Origin: Psychrobacter cryohalolentis K5
GTDB taxonomy: Bacteria > Pseudomonadota > Gammaproteobacteria > Pseudomonadales > Moraxellaceae
Assembly: GCF_000013905.1 (NCBI RefSeq)
Contig: NC_007969.1
Coordinates: 180,001-212,000, forward strand
Length of the DNA: 32,000 bases
Reading direction: 5' to 3'
Position 1 is the stretch's first letter, and every line of letters begins with the position of its first letter. Shown in pieces: positions 15,708 to 25,817 of the stretch. A program made the translations under genes and the position numbers. The notes under the pieces are model-generated. The model was not told the DNA's origin and did no database searches. It was given only the letters and a program-made list of their open reading frames with translations.

Positions 15708-17939
15708 GTGACCGTGGCGACTGAACAAACCAAATCCAAAGAGCAGACGCATTTTAGAACCTGTACTCTGTGTGAGGCAATGTGTGGTATCGAGATAAAG
15801 CACGATGGCAAAAAGGTTTTATCGATTAAAGGGGATAAGAGCGATCCATTTTCTAAAGGGTATATTTGCCCAAAAGCGACTGCCTTGCAAGATTTGCATG
15901 AGGATACTGACCGCCTGCGTTATCCTGTTGAAAGAACGGCTAAAGGTTGGAAAGAAATTAGCTGGACTGAAGCGTTAGATAAAGTCGCAGCTGGTATTGG
16001 CGCAGTGCAAAAACAATATGGCAAAAATGCTTTTGGTGTTTATTTGGGCAATCCCAACGTACACAATCTGGGCGGTATGCTGACAATCAAGTATCTGCTA
16101 AACAGCCTCAAAACGCGCAGTCGCTTCTCTGCCACTTCAGTCGATCAATTACCGCACCATATCGTTAGCATGCATTTATTTGGGCATATGCTGCGTATTC
16201 CAGTACCTGATGTCAACCGTACTAATTATATGCTCATCATCGGTGGCAATCCGCTAGCGTCTAACGGCAGTATTATGACGGCACCAAATATGCGCCAAAA
16301 ACTAAAAGACATTAAAGCACGTGGTGGCAAAGTCGTCGTCATCGATCCAAGACGTACCGAAACCGCTGATATCGCAAGCGAGCATCACTTTATTCGTCCA
16401 GCGACTGACGTGTTGCTATTATTAGCGATGCTCAATGAGATTTATTTGCAAGGCTATGCTGATAAAGCAAGTATCAATAATAGAGCAGCAGCACTCGCGC
16501 CAGAAATAGAGCGACTGGCAGATTTTGCCAAAGACTATAGTGCAGAGTCAGTTGCCGCTATTACGGGCATAGCTGCGGTTGACATCAAGCGACTGGTCAC
16601 AGAATTTTGTGAAGCAAAAAGCTCGGTTTGCTATGGTCGGATGGGTATATCAGTGCAGGAATTCGGTTTATTAAGCCAGTATTTGTCTATGGTTATTAAT
16701 ATCGTGACGGGGCGCTTGGACGAAGTGGGTGGTTTGATGTTCCCGAATGCTGCAGTCGATGTGGTGAATAATTCTGGTCCGGGGTATTTGGGTAAGCGTC
16801 ATAGTCGAGTCAGCAAGCTACCTGACTTTAATGGTGAATATCCCGTGGTTGCCATGAGTGATGAGATGTTGATCGAAGGTGAAGGGCAATTAAAAGGCTT
16901 TATGACGGTAGCGGGTAATCCTGTCTTGAGTACACCCAATGGCGAAAAATTAGATCAAGCCTTTGAACAGTTAGATTTTATGGTCGCCATTGATTATTTT
17001 GTTAATGAAACCAGTCGCCATGCTAATATTATTTTGCCACCAGTCTCACCGCTAGAGCGCGACCATTACGACGTTACCTTTAATAATTTTGCCGTACATA
17101 ACGTCGCTAAATATTCAAAAGCGTTGTTTCGTAAAGATAAGGACGCCAAGCATGATTGGCAAATCTATCTAGAGCTGGCAAAGCGCTTGGATAAAAAAGC
17201 GTCTTTAGCAACCAAAGTCGAACGGTTGTTAATAAAGAGATTAGGACCGAAATTCATACTCGATCAAGGATTGCGGCGTGGACCTTATGCTGGCATGACA
17301 CTGAACAAGCTCAAGAAAAATGCTCATGGACTTGATTTAGGACCGCTTAAAACCATGTTGCCGCAAGCTTTACGACACAAAGATAAGCAGATTCATCTGA
17401 ATGTCGATTTTTACCAAGCAGATCTTGCCCGCGTGCAAGCGATGATGCAAAATTATGATGACAGCGAGATTTTATTGATAGGTCGTCGTCATGTCCGCAG
17501 TAATAATTCGTGGCTGCATAACAGCTATCGCTTGGTCAAAGGTAAGCCGCGCTGTACGCTCATGCTGCATCCAGATACTGCTGCGCAATATGGTATTGAG
17601 GATGGTCAAGACGTGAAAGTCACCTCGCGCGTCGGTAGCGTGATTGTTGCAGCAGAAATCACTGATGAGTTGATGGCGGGGGTAGTGAGTATTCCGCATG
17701 GCTTTGGTCACGGCCGTAAAGGCGTTAAGCAAAAAATCGCCCAAGCGCATGCAGGTGTCAGTGTGAATGATCTGACAGATGATACGTTGATTGATGAGTT
17801 AAGCGGTAATGCCGCTGTAAATGGCGTCCCTGTGCAATTGGAAGCTATACATGCAGGAACTATATTCTCAGAAGCTGCTGAGTCAAACAGTTCGAACTCT
17901 TCGTCACATTCAAAAGCCGAGTCGGGTAGCGCTGCATAA
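15708..17939 (+). CDS. molybdopterin (bis-MGD) oxidoreductase family protein, substrate unknown
   Basis: The N-terminal 4Fe-4S motif is CTLCEAMCGI...CPK. MopB-type domains span about 740 aa and a C-terminal beta-barrel region follows (VSIPHGFGH). The GTG at 15714 fits the GGGAG SD better than the GTG at 15708. Confidence 0.85.
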   Translation: MTVATEQTKSKEQTHFRTCTLCEAMCGIEIKHDGKKVLSIKGDKSDPFSKGYICPKATALQDLHEDTDRLRYPVERTAKGWKEISWTEALDKVAAGIGAVQKQYGKNAFGVYLGNPNVHNLGGMLTIKYLLNSLKTRSRFSATSVDQLPHHIVSMHLFGHMLRIPVPDVNRTNYMLIIGGNPLASNGSIMTAPNMRQKLKDIKARGGKVVVIDPRRTETADIASEHHFIRPATDVLLLLAMLNEIYLQGYADKASINNRAAALAPEIERLADFAKDYSAESVAAITGIAAVDIKRLVTEFCEAKSSVCYGRMGISVQEFGLLSQYLSMVINIVTGRLDEVGGLMFPNAAVDVVNNSGPGYLGKRHSRVSKLPDFNGEYPVVAMSDEMLIEGEGQLKGFMTVAGNPVLSTPNGEKLDQAFEQLDFMVAIDYFVNETSRHANIILPPVSPLERDHYDVTFNNFAVHNVAKYSKALFRKDKDAKHDWQIYLELAKRLDKKASLATKVERLLIKRLGPKFILDQGLRRGPYAGMTLNKLKKNAHGLDLGPLKTMLPQALRHKDKQIHLNVDFYQADLARVQAMMQNYDDSEILLIGRRHVRSNNSWLHNSYRLVKGKPRCTLMLHPDTAAQYGIEDGQDVKVTSRVGSVIVAAEITDELMAGVVSIPHGFGHGRKGVKQKIAQAHAGVSVNDLTDDTLIDELSGNAAVNGVPVQLEAIHAGTIFSEAAESNSSNSSSHSKAESGSAA

Positions 17940-17972
17940 ATACAATCAATCCTATAGTTAAGATTGGACTCG

Positions 17973-18004
17973 AAAGCGCTTATTTATAATGATAAGCGCT
18001 TTTT
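17973..18004. terminator. bidirectional terminator between the Mo-oxidoreductase gene and dadA
   Basis: The sequence is AAAGCGCTTAT-TTATAATG-ATAAGCGCTTTTT, a perfect 10-bp stem. Confidence 0.8.
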
Positions 18005-18035
18005 ATTTACCTTATTAATTTGTCTTAGACTAAAT

Positions 18036-19355
18036 CTAGATACCAATAAAATCAAAATCAACCTCAGATATCTCGCCTTGTATTAGTAAGCTAATCGCTT
18101 TAGCCGAACCACATGCATGCGTCCAGCCAAGCGTGCCATGACCAGTATTGAGCCATAAATTATCAAAAGTGGCATCAATATTTCGACTACCATGTCGGAT
18201 TTTACCCATATGCGCGCGTCCTATTAAGGGGACATTTGAGGGCGTCATTGGTCGTAACCCTGTCCAATATTGTACAGAGTTGGCAATGATTCCTTTTGGA
18301 AATAATTGCTGCACGCGGCTAGTAATGGCTTCACAGCGTACGGTATTCAAATCTAAGTTGTAGCCGTTAAACTCTGCTGTCCCCGCCACTCGCAATTTAT
18401 CACCGAGACGCGATGTGACCAGCTTAAACTCATCATCAATGAGACTGACAAAGGGTGCTAAATGGGGTGCTCGTGGGTTGATTTGATAAGTGGCCGAGTA
18501 GCCTTTGGCAGGGAAAATAGGCAGATGCATACTAAGCGGTTTCATTAAAGCGACGCTATGGCTACCAAGCGCCAGTACATGGCTATCTGCACTAAAGGTT
18601 TGTGCATTTTCGCCATTAGGTCGAATGGTAATGCTATGTACGTGCGGACGCGCAGAGTCAGCATCCATATTAATCGTTAAGATCTCAGTATCGTATAAAA
18701 ACTTAACGCCAGCCTTTATACAGTGCTTAGCTAAACGCTGAGTAAATAGATGGGCATTGCCTGATTCGTCACGGCTAGTATATGTCGCGCCTTTGAGCTT
18801 ATGCGCAATGGGGTAGAGTGCTGGCTCGAGACTAACGGCATTATTGATGTCAATCACATAACGCTCGCAGCCGAGCGCCTGCATACGCTCTGTAGGCGCT
18901 ATTGCAGCATCAAACTCCGCTTGATTGGTATAAAAATGCATAATACCGCGCGTTTGCTGCTCGTAATTAATCCCAATATCCGTGCGTAATTGTTGTAAAG
19001 CATCGCGTGAGTACAATCCCAAACGTACCATTTGTACTAAATTTGCATCAGCACGATCTGCGCGGCACTCTTGCAAAAACTGCATCGCCCATTTAATTTG
19101 CGTCTTATCCGCACGCAATCGATAAAGCAACGGTGCATCCTCGCGAAACAACCATTTGAATGCTTTTATCGGTGCAGTAGGATTTGCCCAAGGGGTCGCA
19201 TGCGAGACTGATATCTGTCCGCCATTGGCAAATGAGGTTTGCATACCTGCCGCTGACTCACGCTCAATCACGGTCACATCATAGCCTGCTTGGCGGAGAT
19301 ACCATGCGGTGGTCACGCCCACCACGCCTGCTCCGAGTACCGCAATATGGGTCAT
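18036..19355 (-). CDS. dadA: D-amino acid dehydrogenase, FAD-dependent
   Basis: It has the dinucleotide fold VLGAGVVGVTTAWYL and the motifs NGGQIS, WTGLRPMTP and WLNTGHGTLGWT. It is collinear with E. coli DadA. Confidence 0.9.
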   Translation of the reverse strand: MTHIAVLGAGVVGVTTAWYLRQAGYDVTVIERESAAGMQTSFANGGQISVSHATPWANPTAPIKAFKWLFREDAPLLYRLRADKTQIKWAMQFLQECRADRADANLVQMVRLGLYSRDALQQLRTDIGINYEQQTRGIMHFYTNQAEFDAAIAPTERMQALGCERYVIDINNAVSLEPALYPIAHKLKGATYTSRDESGNAHLFTQRLAKHCIKAGVKFLYDTEILTINMDADSARPHVHSITIRPNGENAQTFSADSHVLALGSHSVALMKPLSMHLPIFPAKGYSATYQINPRAPHLAPFVSLIDDEFKLVTSRLGDKLRVAGTAEFNGYNLDLNTVRCEAITSRVQQLFPKGIIANSVQYWTGLRPMTPSNVPLIGRAHMGKIRHGSRNIDATFDNLWLNTGHGTLGWTHACGSAKAISLLIQGEISEVDFDFIGI

Positions 19356-19407
19356 AGATTACTCTGCTGCGATTGATGAAATTAGATGAGAGCGTTGTTA
19401 TCTGGTA

Positions 19408-20175
19408 TTACTTAGGGCGAGCAACATCCGCTTGTAGCGCCAATGGTAAGTCCAATATGGTCAGACTACTTTCAGCCAACTGTTCTGGACGAGCCACGAC
19501 CAATGCCTCAAAGCCTTCACTAGTAGTAATCGCATTGACGACTTGTACTTTATCCAGTTTTTCACCAGCGACAGGAGTCGTACCTGAGCCTTTTACACTT
19601 GTTCCTTTTACATAGTGCAAAAACGCTTTCGGCGCTGATTTAAAGTAAATACGGGCGATGACTTCTTGACCCAAATAACAGCCTTTATCGTAATCCATGC
19701 CGCCGCGCTGATGCAGACGCAACTCTTGTGGTTGGAATTCGCCTTGCGTTGCCGCTACTATCCAATAGTTACCAGTTGCGATACTAGACTGCATCCAAGC
19801 TTGAATATTCTTAGATGTATTGTGGTCGTCCTGATGGCTAAAAGTCGGCACTTCATCAATAACACAAGGATAAATAGGTGTCGGGGCACTAGTATCACAC
19901 TTTGAAAAGGCACCGAATTTTTTTAAATGTCCTTGGAAAGCCTCAGCGCAATCTGCACTGATGACCATGTCAAAATGCTTTTCCGCTTGTTTTTTAATCC
20001 AAATACCGAATTCTATACGACCTTTTAAATTCCCAATGGCTGCGGCTTGATAGCTAAGACCGAGCTTAGTGACATCACAAGTTAATTGTCCTTGCAAAAA
20101 TTTTTCGGCATCCTCGCCTTGGATAGATAATTGGGAAAACTGTGGCAATGCCGCCGTATTGATAGATTGAGTCAT
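19408..20175 (-). CDS. ygfZ: folate-binding Fe-S cluster repair / tRNA-modification protein YgfZ
   Basis: It carries the signature KGCYLGQE and a GcvT-like fold pattern (FLQGQLTCDV). The start is set at the ATG at 20175, after an AAGGA SD; the track start at 20214 lacks an SD. Confidence 0.85.
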   Translation of the reverse strand: MTQSINTAALPQFSQLSIQGEDAEKFLQGQLTCDVTKLGLSYQAAAIGNLKGRIEFGIWIKKQAEKHFDMVISADCAEAFQGHLKKFGAFSKCDTSAPTPIYPCVIDEVPTFSHQDDHNTSKNIQAWMQSSIATGNYWIVAATQGEFQPQELRLHQRGGMDYDKGCYLGQEVIARIYFKSAPKAFLHYVKGTSVKGSGTTPVAGEKLDKVQVVNAITTSEGFEALVVARPEQLAESSLTILDLPLALQADVARPK

Positions 20176-20470
20176 TGTTATTATCCTTCTGAAAAGAGGT
20201 TTTTTATAAAGCACTAAATGTTAAGAATAAGTATCAAAAAATGATAGCCCAGATTTTTATGCCAAGATAAACAATTATAAAATCAGATGAGGCTAAGAAG
20301 AGTACCACAAAAAACATCCTCATAAAAAAAGTCATCGTTAAGATAGCTATCAAGCGTTAAATTGGGCACAGTCAGCGGTTTTCAAGCGTACAAATTGGTT
20401 AAAGAGTGCGAGTTACGGTACAATGTGAGCTCTGGAATAAACCTAATATATGATGGCTGCCGAGGGAATT

Positions 20471-20824
20471 ATGAGCTTACCAAATTGTCCGAAATGTGAT
20501 GCTGAATATACGTATGAAGATGGCGCGCTGCTGGTATGCCCGATGTGTGCTCATGAATGGACAGTGGCAGAAACCGATGTAGCACAATCTGAAGATCAAG
20601 ACGCGGTCATTCGCGATGCCGTTGGTAATGAGCTGCAAGACGGCGATGCCGTGACCGTGATTAAAGATTTGAAAGTCAAAGGCTCTTCAACCGTCATCAA
20701 AGTAGGAACAAAAGCAAAAAGTATTCGTCTATTGCCAGATGCGACCGATGGTCATGATATTGATTGTAAGCTTGATGGCTATGGTCCGATGAAGCTTAAA
20801 TCATCGGTAGTTAAAAAAGCTTAA
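20471..20824 (+). CDS. yjdM: zinc-ribbon protein YjdM (PhnA family)
   Basis: Motifs are [16 protein letters not shown]...CP.C..EW and [11 protein letters not shown]...GPMKLKS..VKK. A GAGGGA SD precedes the ATG at 20471. Confidence 0.92.
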   Translation: MSLPNCPKCDAEYTYEDGALLVCPMCAHEWTVAETDVAQSEDQDAVIRDAVGNELQDGDAVTVIKDLKVKGSSTVIKVGTKAKSIRLLPDATDGHDIDCKLDGYGPMKLKSSVVKKA

Positions 20825-20922
20825 GCTATACATTTATTGTGAACAAAATAATACAAATTACTGAATAAATAATCCCTAAGTATAAAATCACTAAATAAAA
20901 AACGATTAAGTAGAGAATAACT

Positions 20923-22224
20923 ATGAGCACTAAAAATGAACAACTATTCGCGCAAGCACGTAAGCATATCCCTGGCGGTGTAAATTCACCTGTCCGAGCT
21001 TTTGCTGGTGTCGGTGGTACGCCAATCTTTATGCACCGTGCCAATGGTAGCAAAATCTATGATACCGAAGACAATGCTTATATTGATTATGTTGGCTCTT
21101 GGGGTCCAATGATTTTGGGTCATGCCCATCCAAAAGTTATTGATGCGGTCAAAAAAGCGGCTGATGATGGTTTGAGCTTTGGTACGCCAACGCCATTTGA
21201 GACCACCGTTGCCGATAAAATTTGCGAAATCGTTCCGAGTGTTGAGATGATTCGTATGACCAGCTCAGGCACGGAAGCGACGATGAGTGCGATTCGTTTG
21301 GCACGTGGTTATACTCAGCGTGACAAAATCGTCAAGTTTGAAGGCTGCTACCATGGTCATTCAGACAGCCTATTAGTAAAAGCAGGCTCAGGCATGCTGG
21401 ATATTGGTGAGCCTACCTCAAAAGGTGTACCAGCAGATTTTGCCAAGCATACTATTACGATTCCTTATAACGATCCACAAGCGATTAAAGACTGTTTCGA
21501 AAAGTGGGGCGAAGAGATTGCCTGCGTTATCTTAGAGCCTATCGCGGGCAACATGAACATGGTGATTCCAAGCCAAGAATTCCATGATACGTTGCGTGCA
21601 GAGTGTACTGCCAATGGCGCGGTATTAATCTTTGATGAAGTCATGACGGGCTTTCGCGTTGGACTTGGCGGTGCGCAAGCGCACTTCGGTATCGACCCTG
21701 ATTTAACTTGCTTTGGCAAAATCATCGGTGCAGGTCTGCCAGTTGGTGCGTTCGGCGGTAAGAAAGACATCATGTCTTGCATTGCACCACTTGGTGGTGT
21801 CTATCAAGCGGGTACGTTATCCGGTAATCCGCTGGCGATGCGCGCTGGTATCGCCATGTTTGAGGATTTAACTGCTGAAGGCTTCTATGATGAGCTATCA
21901 GCGAAAGTAGACCATTTGGTTGATGGCTTCCAAGCGGCTGCTGACAAGCATGGCATCAATATGCGCACCAATAAATTGGGCGGTATGTTTGGAATGTTCT
22001 TTGTCAAAGACAGTGCGACGACTGTACCTCAAAACTTTGATGACGTGACTGAGTGTGATATGGAGTTATTTAATACTTTCTTCCACGGTATGCTTGATCG
22101 TGGTATTTATCTGGCACCGTCTGCTTATGAAGCAGGCTTTATGTCTATCAAGCATAGTAACGAAGATATTGAAGCGACTATTAAAGCCGCTGATGAAATA
22201 TTTGCAGAAATGGCAAAAGCGTAA
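20923..22224 (+). CDS. hemL: glutamate-1-semialdehyde 2,1-aminomutase
   Basis: Motifs are [25 protein letters not shown] and the PLP-Lys context [10 protein letters not shown]. The length is 433 aa. Confidence 0.95.
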   Translation: MSTKNEQLFAQARKHIPGGVNSPVRAFAGVGGTPIFMHRANGSKIYDTEDNAYIDYVGSWGPMILGHAHPKVIDAVKKAADDGLSFGTPTPFETTVADKICEIVPSVEMIRMTSSGTEATMSAIRLARGYTQRDKIVKFEGCYHGHSDSLLVKAGSGMLDIGEPTSKGVPADFAKHTITIPYNDPQAIKDCFEKWGEEIACVILEPIAGNMNMVIPSQEFHDTLRAECTANGAVLIFDEVMTGFRVGLGGAQAHFGIDPDLTCFGKIIGAGLPVGAFGGKKDIMSCIAPLGGVYQAGTLSGNPLAMRAGIAMFEDLTAEGFYDELSAKVDHLVDGFQAAADKHGINMRTNKLGGMFGMFFVKDSATTVPQNFDDVTECDMELFNTFFHGMLDRGIYLAPSAYEAGFMSIKHSNEDIEATIKAADEIFAEMAKA

Positions 22225-22244
22225 CACAGTAGTTTTAGGCGTCT

Positions 22245-22287
22245 AAAAAAACCAGCATAGTGACAAGATTACTGTGCTGGTTTTTTT
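22245..22287. terminator. bidirectional terminator (hemL / DUF962 gene)
   Basis: The sequence is AAAAAAACCAGCATAGT-(9 nt)-ACTGTGCTGGTTTTTTT, an 11-bp stem with one G-T pair. Confidence 0.85.
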
Positions 22288-22310
22288 ATGAATAATAAAG
22301 GAAGTTGTAT

Positions 22311-22715
22311 TTATCGCACTTTATCAAACTTACGGTCTCTTAGACTTAAATTACCTCGCAGCACATCCGCATACATACGAAAATCACTAGCAAAGCTTTT
22401 TAAAGGAAATTTAAAAGAGGCGGGTTTATTCTTTTCAAAGAAGAAATGTCCGACCCAAGCGCAAGCGTATCCTGCGGCAATACCTTTAAGTAAGGGTTTT
22501 GCTGAGCGATTCTTAACAGATTTTGCCAGTCCAATTAACCCAAAGCTACTGCCTGCAAAATGCAATCGACGGCAAGCCATATTTTGATGCTCATCAAGAT
22601 AAAAGTCATAAAATGACGGTTTGTCTGAGCTATCCATTTTTATCAGATTGTTCTGGCTGTCTTTTTCAGCAGTAATTTCTTTAGTTTGTGACGTTTGCGT
22701 AGGGGTGTTATTCAT
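22311..22715 (-). CDS. DUF962 / Mpo1-like membrane protein
   Basis: The pattern is Y...H.N...R..H..G........................A..GY..AW.GHF.FEKN.PA.F..P. An AAGGAAG SD is present. Confidence 0.75.
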   Translation of the reverse strand: MNNTPTQTSQTKEITAEKDSQNNLIKMDSSDKPSFYDFYLDEHQNMACRRLHFAGSSFGLIGLAKSVKNRSAKPLLKGIAAGYACAWVGHFFFEKNKPASFKFPLKSFASDFRMYADVLRGNLSLRDRKFDKVR

Positions 22716-22887
22716 CGATTTGGCTTCCTTGTAGGTTATGTCTCATCTATCCGTAATGAGTCTTGTCAGTAGAATGAAATAGCTTGATACCATAAAGCTC
22801 ATAGGTAAGTACTTGTTCTCTATTATAATATAGACAATAGTGGTGGTAGCAAGCCAATATTGAACAAATAATGGCTAAGGGTAGAAG

Positions 22888-23067
22888 ATGTTTTTTGCTT
22901 CAAAAAGTATCTATCCTGTTTTTAGCCGCTGTTTAGCGGTTGTTTTCGCTTACTTGCCAGCGTTTGGCATAAATGTTTTAATGGCAAAACTTGCCATCAT
23001 TTATGTGATTATTATCTTTTTTATATATGGTAGTCCTTACTTTAATCCAACGTACTTTCTATTTTAA
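22888..23067 (+). CDS. possible 59-aa two-TM small membrane protein (below the ORF-track cutoff)
   Basis: My own translation is MFFASKSIYPVFSRCLAVVFAYLPAFGINVLMAKLAIIYVIIIFFIYGSPYFNPTYFLF. A weak SD (TAAGGG) is present. The ORF contains a terminator-like hairpin at 22924-22946, which argues against it. Confidence 0.25.
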   Translation: MFFASKSIYPVFSRCLAVVFAYLPAFGINVLMAKLAIIYVIIIFFIYGSPYFNPTYFLF

Positions 23068-23120
23068 AAGCCTAAACCCTTTTAATTATCTTTTGATCTG
23101 ACACGGTAACGACCTTACTT

Positions 23121-24647
23121 ATGCCCAAAGACAACCTAAAAAATCCACCACTCGCAGAAGATGAACTGATGGCAGCCATTGATATTGGCTCCAATAGTTT
23201 TCATTTAGCCATTGCTCGCCTCGATCATGGTGAAGTGCGAAAAGTGGTGTCTATGTCTGAAAAAGTTCAGTTAGCTGCAGGACTGGATGAGCATAATATT
23301 TTGGGTGCAGCAGCGGAGCAGCGCGGTTTAGACTGTCTCAGCCGCTTTGTGGCGCGTCTAGATTCGGTGCCTCCGGAGCGTATTCGTATTGTTGCGACCA
23401 ACGCCTTACGCCAAGCCAAAAATGCCAATGATTTTATCAGCCGTGCCAATAAAATCTTACCCAAGCCTATTGAGATTATCGCGGGACGAGAAGAAGCGCG
23501 TTTGATTTATTTAGGAGTCTCGCATACCAATGCCAGTAGTGACAAGCGTCTGGTTATCGATATTGGTGGCGGCTCAACAGAGTTTATTATTGGCCAAGAG
23601 TTTGATCCATTATTGACCGAGAGCTTACAGATGGGCTGTGTTGCCTTTACGCAGAAGTATTTTGCTAATGGGCAAATTACCAAAGAAGCCTTTAACAACG
23701 CCATATCGGCTGCGCGCAAAGAAGTACTGGCGATCAATGGGCGCTACCAAAAAGTAGGCTGGAGCAGCGCCATTGGATCGAGTGGTACGATTAAAGCGGT
23801 ACGTAACGTCCTTGTTTCAAAAGGCTGGGCAGACGAGCAAGAGCGCATCACTTATAAAGGTGTTAAAAAGTTAGAAAGATTATTGCTTAAAATTGGCAAC
23901 GTTGATGACATTGATTTAGAAGGCGTCAAAGAGCACCGTAAAGCCGTATTTCCAGCAGGCGTTGCGGTATTACGAGCAGTCATGAAGGTGTTGGGCGTAG
24001 ATGCTATTACTTACTCAGATGGCGCGCTACGCGAAGGTGTCATGTACGATATGCTTGGACGATTTGCCAGTGAAGACGTACGTGACCGCAGTGTATTGGC
24101 ACTGATTAAGCGCTATTCAGGCGATAAAAAGCAGGCTAAGCAAGTAGTCAAAACCAGTCGACACCTTTTTGGGCAAGTGCAAACTAAACTTGGACTCAGT
24201 ACGGAAGATGGCGATCTACTCAGGCGAGCTGCATTTTTACATGAGATAGGGCTGGCGATTGCTCATAGTAGCTATCACAAACACAGTGCGTATTTGATGG
24301 AACATTCTGATATTCCAGGTTTTTCACAAGTCGATCAAAAACGTATGGCACAGCTGATGTTAAATCATCGCCGTAAGCTCAAAGCAGATATGTTAGAGCA
24401 AACGTGTACTATCGGCGGTGATCAGCTCGTTTATCTGTGCTTGCTGCTACGTTTGGCAGTACTGGCACATCACAGTCGCAGTGATTATGAATTACCAACA
24501 TTAGAATTAAAAGTAGATGATGACAATCATTGGCAAATCATGGTTGGTGATAGCAGCGAGCACTACGCTTTCTTATTATCTGATTTGCAGACTGAAATAG
24601 AACAATTTGCCAAATGGGGCGTCAAACTAAGCGTCATTGAGGTTTAA
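23121..24647 (+). CDS. ppx: exopolyphosphatase / guanosine pentaphosphate phosphohydrolase
   Basis: It has the ASKHA motifs IDIGSNSFHL and IDIGGGSTE and a C-terminal HD-like region (FLHEIG..I....YHKHS.Y). Confidence 0.92.
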   Translation: MPKDNLKNPPLAEDELMAAIDIGSNSFHLAIARLDHGEVRKVVSMSEKVQLAAGLDEHNILGAAAEQRGLDCLSRFVARLDSVPPERIRIVATNALRQAKNANDFISRANKILPKPIEIIAGREEARLIYLGVSHTNASSDKRLVIDIGGGSTEFIIGQEFDPLLTESLQMGCVAFTQKYFANGQITKEAFNNAISAARKEVLAINGRYQKVGWSSAIGSSGTIKAVRNVLVSKGWADEQERITYKGVKKLERLLLKIGNVDDIDLEGVKEHRKAVFPAGVAVLRAVMKVLGVDAITYSDGALREGVMYDMLGRFASEDVRDRSVLALIKRYSGDKKQAKQVVKTSRHLFGQVQTKLGLSTEDGDLLRRAAFLHEIGLAIAHSSYHKHSAYLMEHSDIPGFSQVDQKRMAQLMLNHRRKLKADMLEQTCTIGGDQLVYLCLLLRLAVLAHHSRSDYELPTLELKVDDDNHWQIMVGDSSEHYAFLLSDLQTEIEQFAKWGVKLSVIEV

Positions 24648-24875
24648 TTTTTTATCAGCTAAAACTGTTAGTAGATTACTTGATTAATGTGGTTAGAAAT
24701 AACATAACAAAAGCGGTGTTGTCGGTAATGTTATGGCATATAAGATGTGCTATTATAGTTTTTATTGAGTTTACAACTGTACTTTTATTATCCTAAAGCC
24801 GATAACGATGTTATTATTAAATATAACCATATTGAACATAGCTCTATTAAGTATAACTAAGAAAGGGAAGCGTCT

Positions 24876-25679
24876 ATGAGTACCGTCTGGGATAGCGTTC
24901 AGCTTGCACGGCATGCCAAACGTCCATTGTTTATGGACTATGTAAATCAGCTGTTTACCGAATTTGATGAGTTGCATGGCGACCGCGCTTTTGCTGATGA
25001 CAAGGCAATCCTTGGTGGACTTGCACGCCTAAACGGTATGCCAGTGATGGTTGTTGGTCAACACCGTGGTCGCAGCACACGCGAGCGTATTGAGCATAAC
25101 TTTGGTATGGCAAACCCTGAGGGCTATCGAAAAATCATTCGTTTGGTCAAAATGGCTGAGCGCTTTAATATTCCGGTTATGACCTTTGTTGATACCCAAG
25201 GAGCTTATCCGGGTATTGGCGCGGAAGAGCGTGGACAAGCACAAGCCATTGCTGAAAGCATTGCTGTGTTTTCTAGTTTAAAAGTGCCTATCATCGTCAC
25301 CATTATTGGTGAAGGCGGCTCAGGTGGCGCATTGGCGATTGGCGTTGGTGATAAAGTGAATATGCTACAAAATAGTATTTATTCAGTCATCTCTCCTGAA
25401 GGCTGCGCTTCTATTCTATGGAAAACTGCCGAAAAAGCGCAAGATGCCAGTGAAGCCTTAAAGTTAAATGCTATCAATCTGTATCAAATGGGCTTGATTG
25501 ATGCGGTCATCGACGAAGGTGAGGGTGCTCATATTCAGCCACAGCCAGTAATGACGGCATTAAAAGCTCTATTGGTTGAGCAATTGGATGAGCTGAAAGA
25601 TTTAGATACCCATACGCGTTGTGAGCTACGTTATGAGAAATTCAAATCGTTTAACTCAGAAGTCATGTTGCCTTGCTAG
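24876..25679 (+). CDS. accA: acetyl-CoA carboxylase carboxyltransferase alpha subunit (short N-terminus form)
   Basis: Motifs are [36 protein letters not shown] and [13 protein letters not shown]. An in-frame TAA lies at 24858-60 and an AAGGGAAG SD sits just upstream of the ATG. Confidence 0.93.
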   Translation: MSTVWDSVQLARHAKRPLFMDYVNQLFTEFDELHGDRAFADDKAILGGLARLNGMPVMVVGQHRGRSTRERIEHNFGMANPEGYRKIIRLVKMAERFNIPVMTFVDTQGAYPGIGAEERGQAQAIAESIAVFSSLKVPIIVTIIGEGGSGGALAIGVGDKVNMLQNSIYSVISPEGCASILWKTAEKAQDASEALKLNAINLYQMGLIDAVIDEGEGAHIQPQPVMTALKALLVEQLDELKDLDTHTRCELRYEKFKSFNSEVMLPC

Positions 25680-25746
25680 TATGTCCTGTGTCTAAATAGT
25701 TGACAATCAGCTTTTAGCACTAGAGGCTTACGCTTAATGTTAAAAT

Positions 25747-25779
25747 AAAAACGTGTCATGTTATGGCGCGTTTTTTTTT
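25747..25779 (+). terminator. probable rho-independent terminator after accA
   Basis: A short stem ACGTG / CGCGT is followed by a 9-nt T-run. Confidence 0.5.
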
Positions 25780-25817
25780 GTCAATTAATTCATATACTAA
25801 CTAATGAGATAAGGTCA

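Noticed and set aside
20826-21053. A 75-aa - strand ORF overlaps the hemL start. The same applies to antisense ORFs inside hemL, dapA, dadA, ygfZ, ppx, proC and other genes.
   Set aside because: All of them are embedded antisense in strongly supported conserved genes and have no independent signals.
24858-24878. AccA looks N-terminally truncated by about 50 aa relative to E. coli, which raised the possibility of a pseudogene or a mis-called start.
   Set aside because: An in-frame TAA lies 6 codons upstream, and a strong AAGGGAAG SD sits at the correct distance from the ATG. All catalytic blocks are intact. It is most likely the natural short form of this lineage.
25758-25817. The ORF track gives an upstream extension of tilS (MLWRVFFCQLIHILTNEIRS...).
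   Set aside because: The extension overlaps the accA terminator T-run and has no SD. The ATG at 25818 follows TAAGG at proper spacing.
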